Below the pieces are notes generated by a model that had not been told where the DNA came from, made no database searches, and worked only from the letters and a program-made list of their open reading frames with translations. 64,000 nt of DNA, taken from Terriglobia bacterium (GTDB lineage: Bacteria; Acidobacteriota; Polarisedimenticolia; Polarisedimenticolales; JAIQFR01). Positions 12,091 to 20,853 of this stretch are shown here, piece by piece (position 1 is the first letter of the stretch; every line of letters begins with the position of its first letter). A program made the translations under genes and the position numbers. The stretch is from NCBI GenBank assembly GCA_963790465.1, contig CAWBOP010000011.1:73984-137983 (forward strand), written 5' to 3'.

Positions 12091-14339
12091 CTCGACTCCA
12101 TGCGCACAAGGAGGTCGCGAGCCGGAGCGAGGAGTCGCGGATCGGCTCCCTCCTGCGACAGGAATTCCCGAGCCGCCCTCGCGGCCCCTTCCGAATCGCC
12201 GGTCGACGCACGCAGCTCGGCCAGCAGGTATCGCGCGGAGGGATGGCCGGGGCTCGCGGCCACCAGCCTCTCGAGGCTGCGCTCGGCTTCCGGCAGGTCG
12301 CCGAGCTTCCGGAGCACCTTCGCCCGGTCGAGGAGGACCTCGGGTTGCGCGGGTTGGAGCGCGAGCGCCCGGTCGAGCGCGCGCCGCGCCTCGACCAGCA
12401 TCCCCTTTCGCGCCGCCGCTCGTCCCAGCCGCGACCACCCCTCGAAACGTACCGCTCTGTCGGCGCCGTCCGAACGGAGCAGTTCCTTCTCCGCCTCCGC
12501 CAACTCTCCGGTGTCGGCGAGAGCCAGGCCGAGGTCCGCGTGCATCGCGGGGCCGGAGAACCCGAGGGCGGCCGCCAGGCGGTACTCGAGGATCGACGCC
12601 GCGGGATCCCCCTGCTCGTGGAGTGCCTTCGCGAGGCCGAAATGCGAGTCCGACGACGACGGCCGGATCGCGAGGGCGGCCCGGTACGCTTCCGCGGCCT
12701 CCCGCGGCTTCCCATCGTCGCGCAGCGCGGCGCCGAGGTTTCTCTGGATCTCGTGCACGCCCGGCGCGGCGCGCGCCGCAGCCTCGAGACGCGCGATCCC
12801 CTCGTCGTGGCGTCCGAGGGAACGAAGCAGGGAACCGCTCGTCGCGAGCGCGAGAGGATTTCCGGGATCGGACGCGAGGACCTTTTCGAGAGACACACGG
12901 GCCTCTTCGATCTGTCCTTTCGACACCAGGATGCGCGCATCGAGGAAGAGGTCGTTGAGCGCCACCCACCGCTTCGGATCCGGACGGTCCTTCCTCCCGA
13001 GGGCCGGCGAGCCCGCGGAGACGTAGCCGAGGCTCCCGAGCCGCGCCCGCTCTTCCTCGGTGGCCTCGTGCGCCGCCGTCGCATCGGGCGCCCCCATCGA
13101 ATTGCGAATCGCCGCGAGGCGATTCCGCCATGTGTCCAGTTCCGAAGGATCGGCCCCGGCCAGGTTCCTCGACTCCGCCGGATCCGCCGCCGGATCGTAG
13201 ATCTCCGGCTCCGGCGCCTCGACGAATTTCCGGTTCCGGCCGGTGAGCGCGTACAGCGCCGCCCACCCGTAGGCCCGCTCACCATAAAGAGATTCGGAGT
13301 AGACCGGCCCCCGGTCCCCCTCGGGCCCGCCGCGCAACGCCGCCGCGAAGCTCTTCCCCTGCACCCCCGGCATTCCGGGCAGCCCCATCAGGTCGAGCAG
13401 CGTCGGCGCGAGGTCCACGCCCGACACGACGCCGCCGAGCCTCGCGCCGGAGCGCACGCTCCCGGGGTATCTGACGATGAGCGGCACCCGAAGCGTTTCC
13501 CGGTACAGCAACAGGCCGTGAGTTCTCTCTCCGTGCCCGCCCAGCCCCTCGCCGTGGTCGCCGATCACCGCCACGACGGTGCGCGACAGCCGCCCGCGCC
13601 GATCGAGCGTGTCGAGCAGCCGGCCGATCTCCGCGTCCATGTAAGCGATCTCGCCGTCGTAAGGCCTCGCCGCGAACCGCTCCCGCCAGGGGGACGGCGG
13701 CACGTACTCGACGTGCGGATCGAAATAGTGGACCCAGAGAAAGAACGGCCCTCGACCGATCCGGTCGATCGCGGCGAGCGCCGCGTCGGTGACCTCGGTC
13801 GCGCTGCGTTCGACCCTGGGTTCGTAGAGAACGCCGGAGCCCCCGACCGCGGCCCCTCCCGCTTTCGCGCGCGGCTCGTCATAGACGTCGAACCCCTGAT
13901 CCAGTCCCTGCGTTGCCGAAAGCACCGCCGAAGCGACAACCGCCGCCGTGCGGTACCCCCGCGCTTTCAGAACCTCGGCGAGCGTGGACTCGCGCTCCGG
14001 CAGGCGGAAATCCCCGTTGTCGCGGACACCGTGCCGGGGCGGATAGAGCGACGTCAGGATCGAAGCGTGCGACGGCAGCGTGAGCGGCACGGTCGCGATC
14101 GCGTTTTCCGCGACCGCCCCCTCCGCCGCGAGCCGGTCGAGACGAGGGGTTGCCGCCTCCCGGTCGCCGTAGCAGCCGAGGTGATCCGCCCTCGTCGTGT
14201 CCAGAGTGATCAGCAGCAGCCCGGGCCTCGAGTCCGGCACCGCGGGAGTACTCGCGGCAGGTGCCGCGGCGACAGCCGCCACCGACGCGAGAAGCGCCAG
14301 GAGCGTGCAAATCCCGTGGTTCGACCGTCGCCTGATCAT
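12087..14339 (-). CDS. Secreted sulfatase-family domain + TPR repeat protein, paralogue 1
   Basis: Same architecture and long identical peptide stretches as 9865..12090. Signal peptide MIRRRSNHGICTLLALLASVAAVAAAPA from ATG 14339. Confidence 0.85.
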   Translation of the reverse strand: MIRRRSNHGICTLLALLASVAAVAAAPAASTPAVPDSRPGLLLITLDTTRADHLGCYGDREAATPRLDRLAAEGAVAENAIATVPLTLPSHASILTSLYPPRHGVRDNGDFRLPERESTLAEVLKARGYRTAAVVASAVLSATQGLDQGFDVYDEPRAKAGGAAVGGSGVLYEPRVERSATEVTDAALAAIDRIGRGPFFLWVHYFDPHVEYVPPSPWRERFAARPYDGEIAYMDAEIGRLLDTLDRRGRLSRTVVAVIGDHGEGLGGHGERTHGLLLYRETLRVPLIVRYPGSVRSGARLGGVVSGVDLAPTLLDLMGLPGMPGVQGKSFAAALRGGPEGDRGPVYSESLYGERAYGWAALYALTGRNRKFVEAPEPEIYDPAADPAESRNLAGADPSELDTWRNRLAAIRNSMGAPDATAAHEATEEERARLGSLGYVSAGSPALGRKDRPDPKRWVALNDLFLDARILVSKGQIEEARVSLEKVLASDPGNPLALATSGSLLRSLGRHDEGIARLEAAARAAPGVHEIQRNLGAALRDDGKPREAAEAYRAALAIRPSSSDSHFGLAKALHEQGDPAASILEYRLAAALGFSGPAMHADLGLALADTGELAEAEKELLRSDGADRAVRFEGWSRLGRAAARKGMLVEARRALDRALALQPAQPEVLLDRAKVLRKLGDLPEAERSLERLVAASPGHPSARYLLAELRASTGDSEGAARAAREFLSQEGADPRLLAPARDLLVRMESR

Positions 14340-14432
14340 CGGAGCCAGGATAGGGCGAAACGAATTCGCGGACCAGAGGGAAGAGGGCGGGTTCGGATTC
14401 GGCACTCCCGGCCGGCCCCCTCTCCTCTATAA

Positions 14433-15233
14433 TTGTTCTCCGTGAACGCTGGGAGCTCTCAGGACGCGCCGCGCCAAGGCGCCACCGAGGCGCGCGGCCG
14501 CACCGCCACCCCGGAGGAGTTGCGGGAGCGGCTCGTCCACGCGCCGGCCCCGTACCTGGCTGGGGCGGCGGCGAACCCGGCCCTCGGCCCGGACGAGATG
14601 ATCCTGCTTCTCCGGAATCGCGCGGCCGGCGCTTCTCTTCTCGCCCGGATCGGCGGCGAACGGAAGTGGTCGCGTCTTCGGAAAATCCAGCGTGCGCTCG
14701 TGCGGCACCCCCACACGCCGGTGGCGGTCGCTCAGGGCCTGGCCGCGCACCTCTTCTGGAACGACCTTGCGGAGATCGCGGAGGATCTCCGGGTGCCGCC
14801 CGCCGTGAGGCACCGGGCGGAGGAACTGCTCAAGGGAAAGGTCGAGCGGCTGGCGCTGGGGGAGAAGATCGCCCTCGCCCGGAAGGCGAGCCGCCCCGCG
14901 ATCGCGGTCCTGCGGGATTCGACCGACGCGGCCGTCCTTCGAGCGCTCCTCCGGAACCCCCGTCTCGTCGAGGCGGACGCGACCCGGATCGCCTCCGGGA
15001 CGGCGGCGCCGGCGGTGTTGCTGCAGTCGCTCGCGGAAGACGCCTCGTGGGGGATAAGGCGTCCCGTGAGGCTGGCCCTGCTGAAGAACCCCAGAACCCC
15101 CGTCGCGTCCGCGCTCGTCCTCGTTCGCACCTTGTCCCGGCAGGACCTCTCGCTCCTCGCTGGCGACGCGGACGTGCCGGAAATCGTGAGGGTGGAAGCG
15201 GGGCGGCGCCTCGAGAACAACCCCGGCGGTTGA
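14433..15233 (+). CDS. Alpha-helical repeat protein (HEAT/LRV-like, recurrent NPR(T/L)P motifs), function unknown
   Basis: 266-aa ORF with repeats LRNPRLVEAD, LLKNPRTPVASAL, VRHPHTPVAVA. Start uncertain (TTG 14433 or GTG 14443). Confidence 0.55.
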   Translation: MFSVNAGSSQDAPRQGATEARGRTATPEELRERLVHAPAPYLAGAAANPALGPDEMILLLRNRAAGASLLARIGGERKWSRLRKIQRALVRHPHTPVAVAQGLAAHLFWNDLAEIAEDLRVPPAVRHRAEELLKGKVERLALGEKIALARKASRPAIAVLRDSTDAAVLRALLRNPRLVEADATRIASGTAAPAVLLQSLAEDASWGIRRPVRLALLKNPRTPVASALVLVRTLSRQDLSLLAGDADVPEIVRVEAGRRLENNPGG

Positions 15234-15259
15234 CAGCGGCTTCCGCAACTTCCTAGAAT
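15230..15259 (+). promoter_or_regulatory. Sigma70-like promoter candidate for the rodZ-like gene
   Basis: TTGACA (15230-15235), 18-nt spacer, TAGAAT (15254-15259), about 55 nt upstream of ATG 15314. Confidence 0.4.
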
Positions 15260-15313
15260 CGCCTTTCGGTCGCGGCAGGTTCCAGGTCGCCCGGCCCTAC
15301 TCGGAGTGTGCCC

Positions 15314-16093
15314 ATGTCCTCCTTCGGAGAGACGCTGAAGCGCGAGCGGGAATTGCGCCAGATCACCCTCCGGGAGATTGCCGAGGCGACCAAGATCAAC
15401 CTGCGTTACCTCGACGCCCTCGAACGCAACGAGTTCCGGCACCTCCCGGGAGGGGTATTCAACAGGGGGTTCGTGCGCGCGTTTGCGCAGCACATCGGCA
15501 TCGACCCCGAGGCGATGATCGATTCGTATCTCGAAGAGATCCGCAAACAGGAGGCGCGGCTGCAGGAGAAGGACAGGGATCGTGCCCGTCGCGCGGCCGG
15601 AGAGCCGCACCGCGTCCCGATCGCCGAGCCCCCGTCCCGGCCGCGCCTGGGTCCTTGGATCGCCGGGGCGATCGTGTTGCTGGCGGTGGCGATCGCCGTG
15701 GGGTTCCTCGTGATACGCCCCCGCCGAACCGCGGCGTCGCACGAGCCGCCGGTCACGTCGCAAGCCGCAGAGCCCGGGACGGCGGCCCCGCCCCCCGCTC
15801 CAGCCGATGCGGAAGGAATGTCCGTGAGGATCGTTCTGGATCGGCCCGTCCGGGGGACGATCGTGTGCGACGGCCGGCTCGTTCACCTGCTCGAGTCGCT
15901 TCCGCCGGGCGCGCTCGTGGACATCCAGTGCCGCGAGGATCTCCTCCTCGACGCCGACGACGCCGGCGCGCTCCGCGTGGGGGTCGGCGGCGCCGAGCCG
16001 GCGCCCCTCGGAGCGGCGGGAACGCCGCTCGCGCACCATCGCATCGCGGCCCCCCCACCCCGCGAAGGTCGGACCACGGATGGGGCGCCGTGA
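15314..16093 (+). CDS. RodZ-like HTH (XRE-type) membrane protein with DUF4115-like C-terminus
   Basis: SFGETLKRERELRQITLREIAEATKINLRYLDALERNEF..GGVFNRGFVRAFAQHIG, one TM segment (WIAGAIVLLAVAIAVGFLVI), and a C-terminal beta-rich domain. ATG is 7 nt after GGAG. Confidence 0.8.
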   Translation: MSSFGETLKRERELRQITLREIAEATKINLRYLDALERNEFRHLPGGVFNRGFVRAFAQHIGIDPEAMIDSYLEEIRKQEARLQEKDRDRARRAAGEPHRVPIAEPPSRPRLGPWIAGAIVLLAVAIAVGFLVIRPRRTAASHEPPVTSQAAEPGTAAPPPAPADAEGMSVRIVLDRPVRGTIVCDGRLVHLLESLPPGALVDIQCREDLLLDADDAGALRVGVGGAEPAPLGAAGTPLAHHRIAAPPPREGRTTDGAP

Positions 16094-17199
16094 GCGAACT
16101 TTCCGCGGTCGACTCGCTCGTCCAACGCCTCCTCGACGGCACGGCGCCGCGATCGCTCCTCACGGCGGCGGCGCGCGGCGCGCTGCCTCTGCCGAGGGCG
16201 GTCCTCGCCAAGTTGTTCCTGCTGCTTCGCGACGACACGGACGAGGCCGTGCGGACGGAGGCGGCATCGAGCCTCGCCGCCCTCGATGCGGATGCGATCC
16301 GGGAGATCGTCTCCGATCCCTCATGCGCGGCCGAGGTGCTTCATCACTTCGCCCGCGCTGCCGCCAGGGACGAGGCACTCGCCGAAAAGATCGCGTTTCA
16401 CCCCGCCGTACCCGACGAGGCGCTGGGCGTGCTCGCCGCGGAGGGGAACGCTTCGGTCCTCGATCTGGTGCTCACCAACCAGAACCGGCTGCTCGGGAGC
16501 CCGGGCCTCCTCGACCGGCTTTCCGAGAATCCGGCTCTGAGGCCGGACCAGCGAGGGCGCCTCCTCGACCTCCTCGCGCAGTTCTTCAAGGACGGGCAAG
16601 CGCCGGCCGCCGGGACGGATTCGGGGGCGGCCGTCGAGCCGGGCCTCGAGGGGGTGGACGAGGAGCAGGCCGCCCGTCTGCTTCAGGTCGACGTCGGCGA
16701 ACTGTTCGCCGCGAGCGAGATCCTGGGGGGAGAGGAGTTCGAAAAAGCCGACGACCCCGCGATCCGGAGCGTGTACAAGAAGATCCTCTCGCTGAACACG
16801 GGGCAGAAGGCGATGCTCGCGATGAAGGGGGGGCGCGAGGAGCGGACGATCCTGATCCGCGACACGAACAAGGTCGTCGCGCTGGGCGTGCTCAAGAACC
16901 CGAGGCTCACGGAGCAGGAGGTCGAGAGGATGGCCGCGATGCGCAACGTGTCGGACGAGGTGCTGCGGTCGATCGGCGCGGGGCGCGAATGGTCGAAGAG
17001 CTACGTCGTGGCCGCGACCCTGGTACGCAATCCGCGCACCCCTCCGGGGGTCTCCACCAACTTCATCCCGCGAATGACCGACCGCGACCTCAAGGGGCTG
17101 GCCAACGACAAGAACGTGCCCGAGATCGTGAGGAGGAACGCGAAGAGAACCTACGACACCAGGAACCAGAAAACGAACGAGATCAAGCTCAAGAAGTAA
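16091..17199 (+). CDS. Alpha-helical repeat protein related to 14433..15233 (NPRTP/NPRL motifs), function unknown
   Basis: GTG 16091 overlaps the rodZ-like stop (GTGA). Contains LLRDDTDEAVRTEAASSLAAL, VLKNPRLTEQEV, LVRNPRTPPGV, KNVPEIVRRNAKR. The upstream part of ORF 15655..17199 is a shadow of rodZ. Confidence 0.6.
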
Positions 17200-17221
17200 T
17201 CGGATCCGGGAGAGACCGACC

Positions 17222-18193
17222 ATGCGCCTGCTCAAGGAAATCCTGAACCTCATGGGGAACTACCACGTGAAGTCCGGGATCTATCACTACTACCGGAACG
17301 AGTACAAGCAGGCGGTGGATTTCCTCCGCAAGGCCCTTCGCGACGAACCGGCCCTCGGCGACAGCGACCGCCGTCTCGCGCGCTACTACATGACCGAGAC
17401 CTTCGTCAGCTCCGCGGAGCGCTTCGAAGGGAAGGACGATCTCGAGGCGGCGGAGCGGGATTACGGCCGTGCGGTCGAGGTGAGCCCCGACTATCCCGAT
17501 ATCCGCTTTCGGCACGGTCGCGTGCTGGAGAGGCTCGGGCGCCACGAAGACGCCATCCTCGAGTACGAGGCCGCGGTGTCGGACCAGCACCGGTACCTGG
17601 ACGCGATGGTGGCGCTGGCGTTCTGTCTTCTCGACGCGGGGCGGGAGGACGAGGCGATCGGCCGGTTCGCCGAGGCGCTCGAGATCAAGCTTCGGCAGGT
17701 CCGCGATCCGTACGAGAAGGGGCTGCTGCGGCTCCGCGAAGGGATGACCGAGGAAGCTCGCGAGTTCCTGAAGGAGACCTTCTTCTCGGCGCCGGACCGT
17801 CTTGCGGAGCACTACCGGAAGGCGATCCAGTTCCTCAAGCAGGAAAACTGGGAGAAGGCGCTCGAGGAGTTGGACGAGTCCACCTCGATCAATCCGAAAT
17901 TCACCGACCTGCACAACTACCGCGGCATCTGTCTTTGCCAGCTCGATCGCGTCGAGGAGGGGATCGGAGCGTTCCGCAGGTCCGCGGCGCTCAACCCGGA
18001 CTACGTGGAGGCGCGCCTGAACCTGGCGTTCGCGCAACTCCGCGCCGGGCAGTACAAGGAAGCCGAATCGCAGCTCGAAGCGGTCCTGGCCCTCGATCCG
18101 ACTCAGACCGCCGCGTCGGTCAAGCTGGAGGAGTTGCGCACCGGTCGCTCGGCGGAGGCGCGGCGAAACCCGCCGCGGGGAGGAGCGAGATGA
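17222..18193 (+). CDS. TPR repeat protein
   Basis: 323 aa with several TPR-like units (AERDYGRAVEVSPDYPDIRFRHGRVLERLGRHEDA..., AFRRSAALNPDYVEARLNLAFAQLRAGQYKEA). Confidence 0.8.
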   Translation: MRLLKEILNLMGNYHVKSGIYHYYRNEYKQAVDFLRKALRDEPALGDSDRRLARYYMTETFVSSAERFEGKDDLEAAERDYGRAVEVSPDYPDIRFRHGRVLERLGRHEDAILEYEAAVSDQHRYLDAMVALAFCLLDAGREDEAIGRFAEALEIKLRQVRDPYEKGLLRLREGMTEEAREFLKETFFSAPDRLAEHYRKAIQFLKQENWEKALEELDESTSINPKFTDLHNYRGICLCQLDRVEEGIGAFRRSAALNPDYVEARLNLAFAQLRAGQYKEAESQLEAVLALDPTQTAASVKLEELRTGRSAEARRNPPRGGAR

Positions 18194-18930
18194 AGCCGGC
18201 CTCGTTCGGTCTCACGGACGTCGGGCGCCGGAGGGAGAAGAACGAAGACTCCTGTCTCGTCGACCCCGAGATCGGCCTCTTTGTGGTGGCCGACGGGATG
18301 GGCGGGCACGCGGCGGGCGAGGTCGCCTCGAGGCTCGCCGTCGAGGCGATCGGCTCCGTGGTCCGAGACGGCGGGTGGGATCCCGCCGCGGCCACACCCG
18401 ACGACGCCTCGCGGCTGATCGAGACCGCGATGCTGGAGGCGAACCGCCGGATCTGCGATTCGATCCAGGGCCACGACGAGCACCGCGGCATGGGAACGAC
18501 CGCCGTGGCGCTTCTCACGGCCTCGGGGCGCGCGGTGCTGGCGCACGTCGGCGATTCCCGAGGCTACCTGATCCGGCGCGGGGCGATCGTGCGTCTCACG
18601 AGCGACCACTCGTGGGTCAACGAACAGGTCAAGCTCGGCCTGCTTTCCGCCGACGACGCGCACCGGCACCCGATGAGAAACATCGTGACGCGCGCGCTCG
18701 GCAGCCGCCCCGACGTCACGGTGGACCGCACCGTCGAGGAGATGCGCTCCGGGGACGCTTTCCTGCTCTGCTCGGACGGCCTCAACACGATGCTGACCGA
18801 CGGCGAGATCCAGGCGTTGGTCGATCGCTACCCGGGCGCTCCGGAGCTGGCCTGCCGGGCCTTGATCGCCGCCGCCAACGAGCGCGGAGGGGACGACAAC
18901 ATCACCGTCGTGATCCTCGACGCGCGTTGA
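18190..18930 (+). CDS. PP2C-family Ser/Thr protein phosphatase
   Basis: MKPASFGLTDVGRRREKNEDS...FVVADGMGGHAAGEVAS...MGTTAVA...LLCSDGL...GGDDNITVVILD. ATG overlaps the TPR stop (ATGA). Confidence 0.9.
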   Translation: MKPASFGLTDVGRRREKNEDSCLVDPEIGLFVVADGMGGHAAGEVASRLAVEAIGSVVRDGGWDPAAATPDDASRLIETAMLEANRRICDSIQGHDEHRGMGTTAVALLTASGRAVLAHVGDSRGYLIRRGAIVRLTSDHSWVNEQVKLGLLSADDAHRHPMRNIVTRALGSRPDVTVDRTVEEMRSGDAFLLCSDGLNTMLTDGEIQALVDRYPGAPELACRALIAAANERGGDDNITVVILDAR

Positions 18931-18974
18931 GCGCGATCACCGGCTCGTAACTGGCGCGATTCCAACAAGTTCGC

Positions 18975-19003
18975 TTGACGGCAGGGCGAAATCCTCTTAT
19001 ATT
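18975..19003 (+). promoter_or_regulatory. Near-consensus sigma70-like promoter
   Basis: TTGACG (18975-18980), 17-nt spacer, TATATT (18998-19003), in the only AT-richer patch upstream of the 19058 gene. Confidence 0.5.
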
Positions 19004-19057
19004 CGGATTCTCGAGGTGCGCGGAATTCTACGGGTGCGCCGCGAGTCTGGAGGTCGG

Positions 19058-20764
19058 GTGACGGAGTACGCCACCTCAGCGGGTGGAAGGTTTGTGCGGA
19101 TCGCCGCTTTGCTGGCGGTGGTGGCCGGCGTCTTCTCTCCCCCGGCTCTCGCGGAGGGCGCCTTCGCGCCTCGGTCCGCAACGCGGGCACAGGCGATCGC
19201 GGCGCTGTCCGGCGGCGGACCGTTCCCCGTTCAATGCCTCACGCCTTTCATTCTCTCGCTCCTGCAGGATCCGGCGGGCGGGACGCCGGCGGCTCGGCGC
19301 GCCCTGTCGTCGCTCCAGTCCGAGTCGGCGCTCTCGGGTGAGCGGCGGTTCGCCGATCGCGAAGGCAACGTGGTCCGGTTCAGCACGGAGCGCGGAGTTT
19401 TCGATCGAGTGGACTTCCTCGACGGCGACGCCGACGGCCAGCCGGACGCGGTCGAGGCGGTTCTCGAGGGGCTGGCCGCGGCGAGGCAACTGTTTGTCGC
19501 GCAGATGGGGCTCCCCTCCCCCGCCCCCGCGGACGTGCTGCTGGCCAAACTCGGCGGCGGCCTCGACGGCTATCTGATCCCTCCGGCCCGGAAGGACGGC
19601 CGCGCGTTGTGGGTGCTCGAGGCGGCGCCTCGCGGGGGCCTCGCCGCGATCCGAAGCGCCGCCGCCCACCAGTATGCGCATGCCGTCTTTCTCGCGGCGG
19701 GTCCGGCCGCCCCCGTGGCGTTCGGCGAGGCGATCGCGACCTGGGCCAACCTCGAGATCGCCGGCGGCCCGGACGCGCGGACCGCGAGCCTGATGGGCGC
19801 GAGACTCGAGCGGCTCTCGGCCGGGCTCGCGACCGACGATCTCGCCCTGGCGGCAGGCAACGCCCTCTGGTTGGCGTTTCTCGACGAGGCGTACGGTCCG
19901 AGCGCGGTCGCCCTCGCGATCGAGGAACTGTCCACCGGCGCCCCGTTCGCGCCGGCACTCGATCGCGCGCTGCGCCGCATCGCCGGAGAAACGCTCCAGA
20001 ACGCGTTCCGGGAGTTCCACCTCTGGTCGGTCCTGACCGGCGCCCGGTCGGACGGCCGGCACTTCTCGTTCGCCGGGCGTTTACCCTCCCCGGCGTTTGC
20101 CGCGTCGCCGGACGCGCTCCCCGCCCTTTCGGTGCAGGGGGATCCGCCGGTGGCCTCCCTCGGAGCGGCCCACGTGCTGCTTCGGCCCGAAGAAACCTCC
20201 GGGGGAATGACCGTCCGTTTCGAGGGGGAGACCTCGGCGCGGTGGGACGTGGACCTGCTCCTCTACGACGCGCCGGGCCGCATCCGGCGCCTTCCGATCG
20301 GACTGTCGGGCGAAGGGCGCGGGGAGGTCACGGTGCCGTTGCGCGGCATGACCGAAGCGGTCCTTCTCGTGAGAAACCTGGACGGCGACGGCCGGTCCTC
20401 CCATCGTTACACCTGGTCGGCGCACCGGGAATCGGGATTCCCGTGCGAGTTCGCGTCGATCGAGGTTCAAGACGTGGAGTCCCCCGTGGGCGCCGTTTCG
20501 GTCGCGTGGGAGACCACGTCGGAGCACTCGCTCGCGGGGTTCAACCTGCTGCGCCGCCGCGAGGGGACCGGCAGCGAGGTCCGGATCAACCCGATCCGGG
20601 TCCCCGCGTTCGGCGATGCGGCGACAGCTGCGGCGTACCAGTTCCTCGACGCGACCGCCGAGCCGGGCGTCCGGTACCTTTACCGGATCGAAGCGGTCAC
20701 CCCCGAGGGACTTTCGGCTTTCTCCGAGATGGCGGCCAGCGGCCCCGCCCTCCCGACCCCCTGA
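19058..20764 (+). CDS. Secreted hypothetical protein with an HQxxH (metalloprotease-like, Glu-less) motif and a C-terminal Ig/FN3-like domain
   Basis: GTG 19058 lies 5 nt after GGAGG. Signal-like FVRIAALLAVVAGVFSPPALAEG. AAAHQYAHAVFL at 19667-19681. The C-terminus reads VSVAWETTSEHSLAGFNLLRRREGTGSEVRINP...YLYRIEAVTPEG. Confidence 0.6.
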   Translation: MTEYATSAGGRFVRIAALLAVVAGVFSPPALAEGAFAPRSATRAQAIAALSGGGPFPVQCLTPFILSLLQDPAGGTPAARRALSSLQSESALSGERRFADREGNVVRFSTERGVFDRVDFLDGDADGQPDAVEAVLEGLAAARQLFVAQMGLPSPAPADVLLAKLGGGLDGYLIPPARKDGRALWVLEAAPRGGLAAIRSAAAHQYAHAVFLAAGPAAPVAFGEAIATWANLEIAGGPDARTASLMGARLERLSAGLATDDLALAAGNALWLAFLDEAYGPSAVALAIEELSTGAPFAPALDRALRRIAGETLQNAFREFHLWSVLTGARSDGRHFSFAGRLPSPAFAASPDALPALSVQGDPPVASLGAAHVLLRPEETSGGMTVRFEGETSARWDVDLLLYDAPGRIRRLPIGLSGEGRGEVTVPLRGMTEAVLLVRNLDGDGRSSHRYTWSAHRESGFPCEFASIEVQDVESPVGAVSVAWETTSEHSLAGFNLLRRREGTGSEVRINPIRVPAFGDAATAAAYQFLDATAEPGVRYLYRIEAVTPEGLSAFSEMAASGPALPTP

Positions 20765-20853
20765 TCCCCGCTCTCTCGAAACGCCGGGGATAGGCGCGGC
20801 CGGTCGCAAGCGACTTCCCTGTTGTATAGTCCTCTCCTCCGGAGAGTCTCGAC

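Noticed and set aside
9865-13266. A single 1,133-aa gene spanning the two sulfatase/TPR genes
   Set aside because: The part upstream of about 12090 is out of frame with, and overlaps, the clearly coding paralogue 12087..14339. The signal peptide and catalytic domain begin at 12090/12066.
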